Notes: generated by a model not told the origin, from the sequence alone. A stretch of 64,000 nt of DNA from Fibrobacteria bacterium (GCA_035604215.1 DATNIW010000073.1:348-64347), one strand, 5' to 3'. Shown: positions 18,103 through 27,194, numbered from the stretch's first letter. Numbers and translations: made by a program.

Positions 18103-21100
18103 GACGGATTTCGTCCCTTCCCGCGGCCTTTGCCTGCCTGTGCCTGTCGTCCCCGGTCTTCGCGCAGTTCGGGAAGAACAAGGTGCAGTACCAGGAATTC
18201 CACTGGAAGGTGGAGCGGACCCGCCACTTCGACGTCTATTTCGCCCAGGGGGGGGAGGCCGTCGCGCAACGCGCGGTGGACAGCCTGGAGGGCTTCTACG
18301 AGAGGCTGGTGCAGAAGACCGGCATGCACCTGGAGGAGAGGGTCCCCATCCTCCTCTACGACAGCCATCCCAAGTTCCAGCAGACCAACGTGACCGACGA
18401 GATCCTGCAGGAGGGGGTCGGTGGGTTCACCGAGATCTTCCGGAACAGGATCGTGGTCCCCTTCCAAGGCTCCTACCGCGAATTGGACCACGTCCTGGCG
18501 CACGAGATGGTGCACGCGGTCATGTTCGACGCCATGCGCCAGGAGAGCGGTTCGGCCCTGGCGGGCGCCGAGCGCACGCGCATGCCCCTATGGTTCACGG
18601 AGGGTCTGGCCGAATACGTCTCGCTGGACGGATGGGACCTGCCCAGCGACATGTGGCTCATGGATGCCGTGACCTCCGGCTACCTCCCGATGCCCACCGT
18701 GGACATGCAGGGCTTCCTCGCCTACCGCGCCGGGCAGAATTTCCTCTACTACTGCGAGCGGACCTTCGGTGCGGGCACGGTGCGCGAGCTGGTGCAGGAG
18801 ACCTTGCGCGACCACGACCTGGAGAAGGCCTTCCAGCGCGTCACCAAGGTCAGCCTGCGGGACGCCGGCGAAGAGTGGATCCGCGATCTCCGCTGGGACT
18901 ACTGGCCCGAGCTCGGGATCCGCCAGCACGGGTCGGAGGTGGGACGGATCCTGACCCGGGCCGGCGAGGACGGAAGCTTCTGGAACATGCAGCCCGCCAT
19001 CGGTCCGGACGGCTCCGAGGTCGCCTGGTTCTCCGACCGCGGCGCCCGCCAGGGCCTGTACGTGGGAAAACTGGACGAACTTCCGAGGGAAAAGCCCCGC
19101 CGGGTGCTGGAAGGCGGGGGGACCACGACGCACGAATCCTTCAGTCCCTTCACCAGCGGGCTTTCCTGGTCGCCGGACGGCCGGAGGATCGTGGTGGCCG
19201 CGCAGACGCACGGGTCCAACGCGCTGCACATCCTGGACGCGCGCAGCGGGAGGGTGCGGCGGAGCCTGGATCCGGGATTCGACGGATTGTCCGATCCGGA
19301 CTGGTCCAGGGACGGGAATAGGATCGTCTTCCGCGGACTGCTGGACGGGCGCGCCGACCTCTGGCTCTGGGATCTTGTGACGGATTCCGTCCGCCGTCTC
19401 ACCGACGACGCCCCCGACGACGACGAACCGGCCTTCTCGCCTTCGGGGCGCTGGGTGGCGTGGTCTTCGGAGGCGGATTCCTCGGGAGGCATCGGGAGGC
19501 ACCGGTCGATCTGGATCCTGGACATCTCCACCGGATCCCGTCGCCGGATCTCCGCGAGTTCCGGGGACGAGACCCGCCCATCCTGGGGCGGCGCCTCGGA
19601 CGACAGTTCCAGGATCGCCTTCCTCTCGGACCGCAGCGGCCTCCCCCAGGTCTACCTCCTGGAACACCCGCTGGCCGCGGGAGGCCGGGCCCGACCCGCC
19701 ACCGATCTCCTGACCGGGGTCCAGTGCCCCAAGCTCGCGCGCGACGGGAACCAACTGGTCTTCTCCCTCTTCGAAGGCGGCTCGTTCGACCTCTACCTGT
19801 CGGACACCGTCCGCGCCCTGACGGATTCCGTCCTCGCTAGAACCCGGTACGTGCGCACGGAGGACTCCGGACGCCTGGACATCTTCCGTCCCCTGGTGCG
19901 CCAGAACCTGGAGAGCTTCCGCTTCGACACCGCGGACAGGGATTCGGCCAAGGCGGCGAAGGACTCCCTGAAAATCGTCCGTCGCGACAGTCTGCACGCG
20001 CCCATGGACCCGACGCGTCCCGGCGACCGTCTGTTCGGGGCCTCGCCGGAGAAGGAGGCCGTCCCGGCTCCCGCCGCCCGGAAGCCGGGCTCCGTGGACA
20101 CCGCGTCCACGTTCCCCCCGGGACTTCCCGCGAGGGACTCGTCGGGAAGGCTCGTATCCAAGCCGTACCGGGCCCGGTGGGGCCTGGACCACGCCGCGCT
20201 CGCCTTCGGCTTCTCGAGCTACGAGGGGACGGCGGGCGAGGGGATGTTCTCGCTGTCCGACCTGATGGGCGACCAGACCATCGACGCGATGCTGGACGTG
20301 CAAGGAAGCCTGACCGACGCCAACGTGTTCCTGCGCTACGGTTGGCTTCCGTGGCGGACCGACCTCTTCGCCACCGTCTACCACACCAGCACCTTCACGG
20401 GAAACATCCTCGCGACGGATTCGGCGAGCGACACGGCCCTCTACGACGACCAGCTCTACGGCGCGGTGGTCACGGCCCTCTATCCCTTCTCCGTCTTCCA
20501 TCGCGTGGACGCCTCGCTCGAGTGGGGGGGCATCCAGCGCACCGCGAAGGCGTACGATTCCAACGGAGACCTGGTGGACGATCCGGCGCACGCCGCGGAC
20601 GACCGGGACCTGCAGTGGCTGCGGGCCTCGGGGGAGTGGGTCTTCGACAACGTGATCTGGGGCCCGACCGGCCCCTGGGACGGCGTGCGAGCCAACCTCG
20701 CCGCGACGTACATGCCCCCGCTTCTCCGTCCGGACTACGGATACGCCCTGCTCAAGACGGATGTCCGCGGCTACTTCCCCACGGGGAAGATCTCGGGTCT
20801 GGCGGTCCGGGTCGCGGGCGGGGAATCCTTCCGGGCGGGTGCCGCCGACCCCCACAGTTTCCTCCTTGGAGGGGACGACTTCACCTTGAACTGGCACTTC
20901 AACGAGGCCAATTCCGGCGTGGGCGTGGACCAGCTCTACTTCTCGGACCTGGACGTGCCGCTGCGCGGATACCGGTACGACCAGTTCCGCGGGGACAAGG
21001 AGATGGTGGCCAACATCGAGTACCGCTTCCCGTTCGTGGAGGAGGTCCGGTTCGGTGCCCTCCTGCCGCCCCTGCACTGGCTGATGGGTTCGGTCTTCCT

Positions 21101-21308
21101 GGACGCCGGCTCCGCCTGGACCTCCGGCCAGGTGGTGGACCAGGGTGGAGTCGGTCTCGGCTGGGGACTGGGCTTGAACCTGGGGGCGTTCATCCTGCGC
21201 TGGAGCGAGGCCTGGGCGCTGACGGATCCCGCGGGAACCCCGACCAACATCCAGCCAAAACCCATCGACGGATCCATCCAGTACTGGAGCCTGGGGGCCG
21301 ACTTCTGA
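18099..21308 (+). CDS. Chimeric outer-membrane protein: HExxH metallopeptidase-like domain + PD40/TolB-like beta-propeller repeats + Omp85 (bacterial surface antigen) C-terminal barrel
   Basis: TTG start overlapping the aroD-like stop. Signal peptide 'LPAAFACLCLSSPVFAQ'. 'LAHEMVHAV' at nt 18501-18515. Repeated 'P..SPDG..vaf.sdr.G...ly' units. The C-terminus 'LRGYRYDQFRGDKEMVANIEYRFP...FLDAGSAW...GLGWGLGLNLG...YWSLGADF' is Omp85-like and ends in Phe. Confidence 0.7.
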   Translation: MRRISSLPAAFACLCLSSPVFAQFGKNKVQYQEFHWKVERTRHFDVYFAQGGEAVAQRAVDSLEGFYERLVQKTGMHLEERVPILLYDSHPKFQQTNVTDEILQEGVGGFTEIFRNRIVVPFQGSYRELDHVLAHEMVHAVMFDAMRQESGSALAGAERTRMPLWFTEGLAEYVSLDGWDLPSDMWLMDAVTSGYLPMPTVDMQGFLAYRAGQNFLYYCERTFGAGTVRELVQETLRDHDLEKAFQRVTKVSLRDAGEEWIRDLRWDYWPELGIRQHGSEVGRILTRAGEDGSFWNMQPAIGPDGSEVAWFSDRGARQGLYVGKLDELPREKPRRVLEGGGTTTHESFSPFTSGLSWSPDGRRIVVAAQTHGSNALHILDARSGRVRRSLDPGFDGLSDPDWSRDGNRIVFRGLLDGRADLWLWDLVTDSVRRLTDDAPDDDEPAFSPSGRWVAWSSEADSSGGIGRHRSIWILDISTGSRRRISASSGDETRPSWGGASDDSSRIAFLSDRSGLPQVYLLEHPLAAGGRARPATDLLTGVQCPKLARDGNQLVFSLFEGGSFDLYLSDTVRALTDSVLARTRYVRTEDSGRLDIFRPLVRQNLESFRFDTADRDSAKAAKDSLKIVRRDSLHAPMDPTRPGDRLFGASPEKEAVPAPAARKPGSVDTASTFPPGLPARDSSGRLVSKPYRARWGLDHAALAFGFSSYEGTAGEGMFSLSDLMGDQTIDAMLDVQGSLTDANVFLRYGWLPWRTDLFATVYHTSTFTGNILATDSASDTALYDDQLYGAVVTALYPFSVFHRVDASLEWGGIQRTAKAYDSNGDLVDDPAHAADDRDLQWLRASGEWVFDNVIWGPTGPWDGVRANLAATYMPPLLRPDYGYALLKTDVRGYFPTGKISGLAVRVAGGESFRAGAADPHSFLLGGDDFTLNWHFNEANSGVGVDQLYFSDLDVPLRGYRYDQFRGDKEMVANIEYRFPFVEEVRFGALLPPLHWLMGSVFLDAGSAWTSGQVVDQGGVGLGWGLGLNLGAFILRWSEAWALTDPAGTPTNIQPKPIDGSIQYWSLGADF

Positions 21309-21772
21309 TGCGGCTCTCCGACCATCTGCCCCCGGGGGCGGTCCGGACCGGAGTGGAAGTCGGGACCCGGGCCGAACTGCTTCCCCTGCTGGTGGACGTC
21401 CTGTGCGACGCCCACGGCTTGGGGGATCGCGACCGGATCCTGTCCGCGGTGTGGGAGCGCGAGGAGAAGATGTCCACGGCGATGGGCATGGGGATCGCCA
21501 TTCCCCATGCCCGGTTGGAGTCGGTCCCCCGGCTTTGCGCCGCCGTGGCGGTTTGCCCCGGGGGGGTGGATTTTCCCTCTCCCGACGGGAGTCCGGTGCG
21601 CATCGCCTTCCTTCTCCTCTCTCCGCCCTCGGCGGCCGCGTCGCACATCCGGGCGCTGGCTTCGGTGGCGCGCATTTCCGCACCGTCGCTGGAGGCCCTG
21701 CTCCGTGCGCGCGACGACGGGGAATTCCGCGAGCTGCTGGAGCGCGGCGAGGATGCCGCCGGAAAGGGATGA
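21308..21772 (+). CDS. ptsN: PTS EIIA(Ntr)-type regulatory protein
   Basis: The ATG overlaps the preceding stop (TGATG). 154 aa. It has the phospho-His motif 'GMGIAIPHARL' and 'VRIAFLLLSP'. Confidence 0.7.
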   Translation: MRLSDHLPPGAVRTGVEVGTRAELLPLLVDVLCDAHGLGDRDRILSAVWEREEKMSTAMGMGIAIPHARLESVPRLCAAVAVCPGGVDFPSPDGSPVRIAFLLLSPPSAAASHIRALASVARISAPSLEALLRARDDGEFRELLERGEDAAGKG

Positions 21773-22503
21773 TCCGCGGGGATCGGATCCTCGGCGCCCG
21801 GGTGGACGCGGGACGGCGCTCGGAATTCCTGGAGCGGATCCTGTCGTTGGCGCGTTCGGGTCGGACCACCCGAGTCCTGTTCGCGAACGTCCACATGGTG
21901 GTGGAATCGCGCCGCGACGTGGCCCTGCGCAAGGCGATGGAGACGGCGGATCTCGTCTGCCCGGACGGCATGCCGCTGGTGCGGCTGCTGGGAGGCACCG
22001 ATCGGCTGGAGGGGATGGCGGCCTTCCCGGAACTGCTCGGGCTGGCCGAGGAACGGGGTCTGCCCGTGGCCCTGTTCGGGTCCTCGCCGGAGGTCCTCGC
22101 CCTGGCGATTGACAAAATACGTCTAGACCACCCGTTCCTGGAGGTCGTCCTCTCGCTGGCGCCCCCCTTCGGCGAGGATCTGGAGGCGGAACGGGAACGG
22201 CACTCTGAGCTCCTGCGCGGAAGCGGAGCCCGTCTCGTGTTCGTCGCCCTGGGGTGCCCCCGCCAGGAGATCTGGATGGAAGGGGTGGAGAACGTCCCCG
22301 CCTGTTTCCTGGGCGTGGGCAACGCCTTCGAGATCCACGCGGGTCTTCGCCGTCGCGCGCCCCGCTGGGCCCGATCCCTCTGCCTGGAGTGGCTGTTCCG
22401 CCTGGTCCAGGAGCCGCGCCGGCTTGGCCCGAGGTACGTCTCCACCAATCTCGGGTTCCTCCGCGCGCTTCCCCGCGAGATCCTGGCGCGCCGTGCGCGG
22501 TGA
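21769..22503 (+). CDS. WecB/TagA/CpsF-family glycosyltransferase
   Basis: ATGA overlap with ptsN. Family blocks seen: 'LVCPDGMPLV', 'VALFGSSPEVL', 'LVFVALGCPRQEIWM', 'GVGNAFE' and 'LEWLFRLVQEPRRL'. Confidence 0.8.
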   Translation: MIRGDRILGARVDAGRRSEFLERILSLARSGRTTRVLFANVHMVVESRRDVALRKAMETADLVCPDGMPLVRLLGGTDRLEGMAAFPELLGLAEERGLPVALFGSSPEVLALAIDKIRLDHPFLEVVLSLAPPFGEDLEAERERHSELLRGSGARLVFVALGCPRQEIWMEGVENVPACFLGVGNAFEIHAGLRRRAPRWARSLCLEWLFRLVQEPRRLGPRYVSTNLGFLRALPREILARRAR

Positions 22504-22547
22504 CCGTCCCGGCGGCGATTTCTAACTCGGGAGGAATGGACGGACAC

Positions 22548-23402
22548 ATGAAGATCCTGATCATCGGCCGCCGCGGCCAGGTCGGTTGGGAGTTGCGGCG
22601 AACCCTGGCCCCCCTCGGAGAGATCGTGGCGATGGACCACCCGACCGTCGATCTCTCCGACCCCGAGTCGCTGCGCCCCCTGGTGCGCGACGTCGCGCCG
22701 GATCTGGTGGTCAACGCGGCGGCCTACACAGCGGTGGACAAGGCCGAGGACGAGATCGACCTGTGCCGTCGCGTCAATGCCGGGGCTCCCCGCGTGCTCG
22801 CGGAGGAAGCGGCCCGCCTGGGCGCGCGGCTGGTGCACTTCTCCACCGACTACGTGTACGACGGTCGGAAGGAGGGACGATGGACGGAATCCGACCCGAC
22901 GGGCCCGCTTTCCGTCTACGGCGCGACGAAGCTGGAAGGCGACCAACGGATCGCCGCCACGGGGGTCCAGAACCTGATTTTCCGGTTGCAGTGGGTCTGG
23001 GGGACGCGAGGCGGCAATTTCGTGCGCACGATGCTCAAGCTTTCCCGTGAGAGGGAGGAACTGAAGATCATCGACGACCAGGTGGGCGCTCCCACCTGGT
23101 GCCGCCACATCGCCGAGACCACCGCATCCGCCATCGCCCGCTGGCAGGGCCAGTCGGGCGTCTACCATCTGGCCGCAGCCGGCGAGACCAGTTGGCACGG
23201 CTTCGCCCGCGCGATCTTCGAGGACGACCCCCTCCGGGAAGAGCAGGTCTTGAAATCGGTGCTGCCCATCCCCACCTCGGCCTATCCCACCAAGGCGGAA
23301 CGTCCCCTGAATTCGCGTCTGGACCAGTCCAAGCTGCTGACGGAATTCGGCCTGAAACTGCCCGACTGGCGATCCGCCCTGAAGGATTCGTTCGAGGAAT
23401 AA
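22548..23402 (+). CDS. rfbD: dTDP-4-dehydrorhamnose reductase
   Basis: It has 'MKILIIGRRGQVGWEL', 'VVNAAAYTAVDKAE', 'HFSTDYVYDG', 'PLSVYGATKLEGD' (YxxxK) and 'RPLNSRLD'. An alternative in-frame ATG lies at 22536. Confidence 0.88.
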   Translation: MKILIIGRRGQVGWELRRTLAPLGEIVAMDHPTVDLSDPESLRPLVRDVAPDLVVNAAAYTAVDKAEDEIDLCRRVNAGAPRVLAEEAARLGARLVHFSTDYVYDGRKEGRWTESDPTGPLSVYGATKLEGDQRIAATGVQNLIFRLQWVWGTRGGNFVRTMLKLSREREELKIIDDQVGAPTWCRHIAETTASAIARWQGQSGVYHLAAAGETSWHGFARAIFEDDPLREEQVLKSVLPIPTSAYPTKAERPLNSRLDQSKLLTEFGLKLPDWRSALKDSFEE

Positions 23403-23404
23403 CG

Positions 23405-23450
23405 GACCCCCCCGCAGGGACGCAAAATTTTGCGTCCCTGCGGGGGGGTC
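23405..23450. terminator. 46-nt perfect palindrome; bidirectional terminator between convergent rfbD and the sugar-phosphotransferase gene
   Basis: 23405-23427 is the exact reverse complement of 23428-23450, with an AAAATTTT centre. It fills the whole intergenic gap and includes the first 2 nt of the minus-gene stop codon (23449-23451). The core AGGGACGCAAAATTTTGCGTCCCT recurs at 47657-47680. Confidence 0.75.
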
Positions 23451-24912
23451 AATACGCCCCTTTTCCGCGCACCACGGACGATCCCGTCTTCAGGAGGATC
23501 GCGAGGTCCAGCAGGATCGACTGGTGGCGGATGTAGTAGATGTCGTAGTCCATGTGGGCGTGGATGGGTTCGGCCCGGTCCGGGCTCACCTGCCAGAGTC
23601 CCGTGATCCCCGGCTTCACCGCGAGCCGCTGCCGCTGGAGATCGTCGTAGGATTCGACCAGGAACGGCATTTCCGGCCGAGGGCCGACCAGCGACATGTC
23701 CCCGCGCAGCACGTTCCACAGTTGGGGAAGTTCGTCCAGGCTGGTCCGGCGCAGGAACCGACCGAGGGTGGTGACCCTCTCGTCGCGCTGATCGGTCGGC
23801 GCGTTCGCGTAGGTGGCCGCGTCCGTGCGCATCGTGCGAAACTTGAACATGCGGAACTGGCGGCCATCCCGCCCCACCCGCCTCTGGGAAAACAGGACCG
23901 GCGACCCGTCCACCAGGCGGATGGCGATGGCCAGGACGACCAGCACCGGCGAAAGGAAGAACAGCGCGGTCGCGGAGGCCCCGAGATCGATGGCGCGCTT
24001 GACGGCCGAACGGGCCGGGGACAGCCCGGGAGTGTGGACACCGATCAGGGGAATGCCTCCGATGTCCAGGACTTCGACCTGCTGGAGGACGATGTCGAAG
24101 AGCGAGGGCACCAGCCGGAAGGGTGTCGCGTTGCGTCGACACTGCTCCACGATGCGCAGCAGGGTGGAGCGGTTGGTCCGGGGCAGGGCGACGAAGATCT
24201 CGCTGGCTCCGGTCTGTTCCAGCACGCGCTTCATGTCGGCACCTCCGCCAAGCACTTCGGCGTCCTCGACGGTCCTGCCGAACAGGGTCGCGTCGTCGTC
24301 CAGGAATCCGGCGATTTCCAGTCCGGTCTTGGGGGAACGGCGAAGGATGCGCAGGAGACTCTTTCCCGTCTCGCCCGCCCCGTAGATGAGGATCCGGCGG
24401 TCCCGCCATCCCCGCTGGCGCAGGAAGATCCCCAACCGGTATACGGAAAAACGGAAGAAGAAGAGGAGCACCAGGAGGAGGAACCAGACGGTCAGGAAGA
24501 TTCCCCGACTCTGGAAACTGCGCTCGATGGTGGCCACGGCCAGGACGGCGAGGAGCATGGTGAGGAACCAGCCACGCAGGATGTTCTGGTACTCCTGGAT
24601 GTTCAGCAGGCTGTGTTGTTCCTCGTAGAGCCCCATGGAATGGAAGATCGGGCCCAGCAGACAGGCGGTGACCAAGGCGTTCACGCTGTAGTTGCCCGGC
24701 GGAATGTTCTCCTTGAGCACGGCGATCCCCGGAAACTCGGTGAGGATGGGCCACAGTCGACTCGCCAAGGCGTAGGCCAGGACGACGGCGCCGAGGTCTC
24801 CCGCGGCCTGGAGGATGGACACGAGATCGGCCACCCGGACCAGGGGTCGGACCGGGCCCTTCCACCATTCGCTTCCGTCCTCCCGGAACGGCCTTTGGCG
24901 CGTGGTTACCAT
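23449..24912 (-). CDS. Polyprenyl glycosylphosphotransferase (WbaP / exopolysaccharide priming sugar transferase family)
   Basis: 487 aa with N-terminal TM helices, an 'ILIYGAGETG' Rossmann-like linker, and a C-terminal bacterial sugar-transferase domain: 'KRAIDL', 'PVLFSQRRVG', 'FRMFKFRTM', 'RTSLDELPQLWNVLRGDMSLVGPRP'. Confidence 0.85.
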   Translation of the reverse strand: MVTTRQRPFREDGSEWWKGPVRPLVRVADLVSILQAAGDLGAVVLAYALASRLWPILTEFPGIAVLKENIPPGNYSVNALVTACLLGPIFHSMGLYEEQHSLLNIQEYQNILRGWFLTMLLAVLAVATIERSFQSRGIFLTVWFLLLVLLFFFRFSVYRLGIFLRQRGWRDRRILIYGAGETGKSLLRILRRSPKTGLEIAGFLDDDATLFGRTVEDAEVLGGGADMKRVLEQTGASEIFVALPRTNRSTLLRIVEQCRRNATPFRLVPSLFDIVLQQVEVLDIGGIPLIGVHTPGLSPARSAVKRAIDLGASATALFFLSPVLVVLAIAIRLVDGSPVLFSQRRVGRDGRQFRMFKFRTMRTDAATYANAPTDQRDERVTTLGRFLRRTSLDELPQLWNVLRGDMSLVGPRPEMPFLVESYDDLQRQRLAVKPGITGLWQVSPDRAEPIHAHMDYDIYYIRHQSILLDLAILLKTGSSVVRGKGAY

Positions 24913-25173
24913 GGGTGTCCAAACCTAGCTCGGAGGGGGGTATGCCCCAACGTGCGCGCGGCATCGCAAGTCCCCGGGGCCCCGAACGGAAACGGAGGAT
25001 CGAGGGGTGGACGGATCATGTCAACCGATCGGATCCCGACCCGGTTCGATGACGCGGAAGTGGGCCTGCGCAGCCGGTTCCAGGGTGATGAAACATCCCC
25101 GGTCCAAACGGTCCAAGTCGACGGGGTCGGAGGAGTTATATTCCGGGAGTTGCCTGTTCCGGCAATGCCGACC

Positions 25174-25319
25174 TGTGGGGTATTGTGGATCGAAAGATCA
25201 TCCAGAGGCCTGTTTCCCTGCGGATACCGGTGAATTTCCCAGTCTATGTGGACAACCTGTTGGCAGGTGTTGGGATATCTTGCGGAATTCCGGGTGCAAC
25301 TCCTTGCTTGTGTGGATTG
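25174..25319 (+). promoter_or_regulatory. Cluster of DnaA-box-like 9-mers upstream of and overlapping the dnaA start (autoregulation site / candidate oriC element)
   Basis: TGTGGGGTA (25174-25182), TGTGGATCG (25184-25192), TGTGGACAA (25247-25255) and TGTGGATTG (25311-25319). All are in the same orientation. The reference is TGTGGATAA, the complement of TTATCCACA. The last three are spaced 63 and 64 nt apart. Local GC is lower than in the flanks. Confidence 0.5.
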
Positions 25320-25321
25320 AT

Positions 25322-26731
25322 GTGAATTCCCTGTTGATTCAATCGGATTCCAGCCGCCTCTGGCAGGCTTGTCTGGAACGCGTCTCCCACGAGGTCAGTC
25401 GAGCCGCATTCGCCGCCTGGTTCGCCCCTCTGAAGAGCGGCGAATGGGAAGAAGACACCCTGCAGATCCTGGCCCCGACCCTGATCGCCAAGGAATTCGT
25501 CCACACCCACCACAAGGGCCTGGTGGAGAGGGTCCTTCGCGAAGAGGTGGGCGCCGAGGTCCTGGTCCGCATCATATTGGATCCTGCCGGGCCATCCGAG
25601 CCCATCCTCCGGGGCCCAGCTCCTCGCAGGACGCCGGAATCGCCCTCATCCCGCCTGGTTTCGGCCAAGCAGGAGATCCAGGCCGAAGGAATCCGTCGCG
25701 AGGCCGGTCGACTGGCTCCCCGGATGACGTTCGACAGTTTCGTGGAGGGCGATTGCAATCGCCTGGCCATGGCGGTGGCGCGCCAGGTCGCCGAACAGCC
25801 AGGCGGTGCGCGGGCAAACCCCCTGCTCCTGGTGGGTGGCACCGGCCTGGGCAAAACCCACCTGATGAACGCGATCGGGCATTTCGTGCTCGGCCACGAC
25901 GTCGCCCGCAAGGTGGTGTACCGGACCTCCGAGGAATTCGCGCGCGAGTATCTGGAGGTCGCGCGCAAGGGTGATCTGAAGGCATTCCACAACATCTACC
26001 GCGACGCCTCCGTCCTCCTGCTGGACGACATCCAATTCTTCGGGGGCGAGGTGGACAAGCCCCGGTTCCGCGAACAGATGGTCTACGTGATGGGCGCCCT
26101 GCAGGGCCAACGAAAGCAGATCGTCCTCACCTGCGACAGGCCACCTTCCGAGGTCCAGCATTTCGACAGGCAGATCCTGCGGCAGATCGAGTCCGGGTTC
26201 GTCGCGGACCTGGGCGCTCCGGACCAGGACACGCGCCTCGCCATCCTGCGTCGCAAGGCCAACGAGGGCGGCTGGGACGTCACCCAGGACGTTCTGGAAC
26301 TCATCGCCGAGCAGTTCACCGGCAACGTCCGGCAATTGGAAGGCGCTCTTCTCAAGCTTTGCGCCTTCAGCGACATCTGCGGAGGCAAGGTGGATCGCGC
26401 CACCGCCGAGGCCGTGTTCCGAGACGCCTTGCGCAACCGGCGCAACTCGTCCTCGCCGGGCGCCATCGCCCAGGCGGTCGCCGACGCGTTCCAGATCGAC
26501 ATCGCCCTGATGCGTTCGCGCACCCGCAAGCGTCCGGTCGTCGCGGCGCGCCAGTTGGCCATGCTCCTCATCCACGAGCTCACCGACAACACGCTCCATT
26601 CCATCGGCGTGCTGTTCGGCCGCGACTACAGCACGGTCACGCATTCCCTGGAGGCGGCGCGGGAATCGCTTGCGCGCGACGCCGAGGCCTCCCAGACCTT
26701 CCAGAGCCTGCGCGCGCGGTTCAAGGGCTGA
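25322..26731 (+). CDS. dnaA: Chromosomal replication initiator protein DnaA
   Basis: It has the AAA+ Walker A 'LLLVGGTGLGKTHLMNAIGH', 'VLLLDDIQFF', 'IVLTCDRPP' and 'GNVRQLEGAL', plus the C-terminal DNA-binding helix 'IGVLFGRDYSTVTHS'. The start is uncertain: in-frame GTG 25310, GTG 25322, TTG 25334. Confidence 0.9.
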   Translation: MNSLLIQSDSSRLWQACLERVSHEVSRAAFAAWFAPLKSGEWEEDTLQILAPTLIAKEFVHTHHKGLVERVLREEVGAEVLVRIILDPAGPSEPILRGPAPRRTPESPSSRLVSAKQEIQAEGIRREAGRLAPRMTFDSFVEGDCNRLAMAVARQVAEQPGGARANPLLLVGGTGLGKTHLMNAIGHFVLGHDVARKVVYRTSEEFAREYLEVARKGDLKAFHNIYRDASVLLLDDIQFFGGEVDKPRFREQMVYVMGALQGQRKQIVLTCDRPPSEVQHFDRQILRQIESGFVADLGAPDQDTRLAILRRKANEGGWDVTQDVLELIAEQFTGNVRQLEGALLKLCAFSDICGGKVDRATAEAVFRDALRNRRNSSSPGAIAQAVADAFQIDIALMRSRTRKRPVVAARQLAMLLIHELTDNTLHSIGVLFGRDYSTVTHSLEAARESLARDAEASQTFQSLRARFKG

Positions 26732-27194
26732 AGTTCGGGGTCCCGCCGGGACCCCGTCGCCAGATCTCCGTTCGGCCGAGCAGCGCGAACCCGACGAACC
26801 CACGGAGCCGGATCCTGTCCGGACCGTCCAGCGACGCCTCGCAACGGTAGGTCTTGCCGGATTCGGGATCGTAGATCCGCCCGCCGGACCAATTCCCGTC
26901 CGGGTCGGACCGGAGGTCGCTGAGGATGACCAGTCCCAGGATGTCGCGGCCGCGTCGGGAAAGGTCGGGGTTCATGTGGTCGAGCTTGGGGCCACCGCCC
27001 GGGGCTTCCGGGTCCTTCAGCCAGACGATCGCGCCGGTGAAGATCGGCCCGGTCCTTTCGATGCGCACGATCGACTTGCCGCCCCCGGTCAACCAGTCGC
27101 CGACGATCCCGTTTCCCGGTTCCCCGGCGATCGTTCCGCCGGAGGCCGCCACCAGGAGAAGCAGGGAGACCGCGACGCGGCATCGGTTGGACAT
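26721..27194 (-). CDS. DUF2147-like secreted protein
   Basis: 157 aa with a signal peptide 'VAVSLLLLVAASGG'. 'GRIYDPESGKTYRCEASL...IRLRGFVG...GRTEIWRR' matches the DUF2147 pattern as I recall it. Its 3' end overlaps the dnaA 3' end by 11 nt (convergent). Confidence 0.6.
   Translation of the reverse strand: MSNRCRVAVSLLLLVAASGGTIAGEPGNGIVGDWLTGGGKSIVRIERTGPIFTGAIVWLKDPEAPGGGPKLDHMNPDLSRRGRDILGLVILSDLRSDPDGNWSGGRIYDPESGKTYRCEASLDGPDRIRLRGFVGFALLGRTEIWRRGPGGTPNFSP

Noticed and set aside
24913-25310. A possible small rpmH (L34) gene, or an RNA gene, in the long spacer upstream of dnaA.
   Set aside because: Neither strand shows a short, highly basic L34-like reading frame. I see no tRNA-like cloverleaf and no SRP, RNase P or tmRNA signature by eye. 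A covariance-model scan would be needed to exclude an ncRNA fully.
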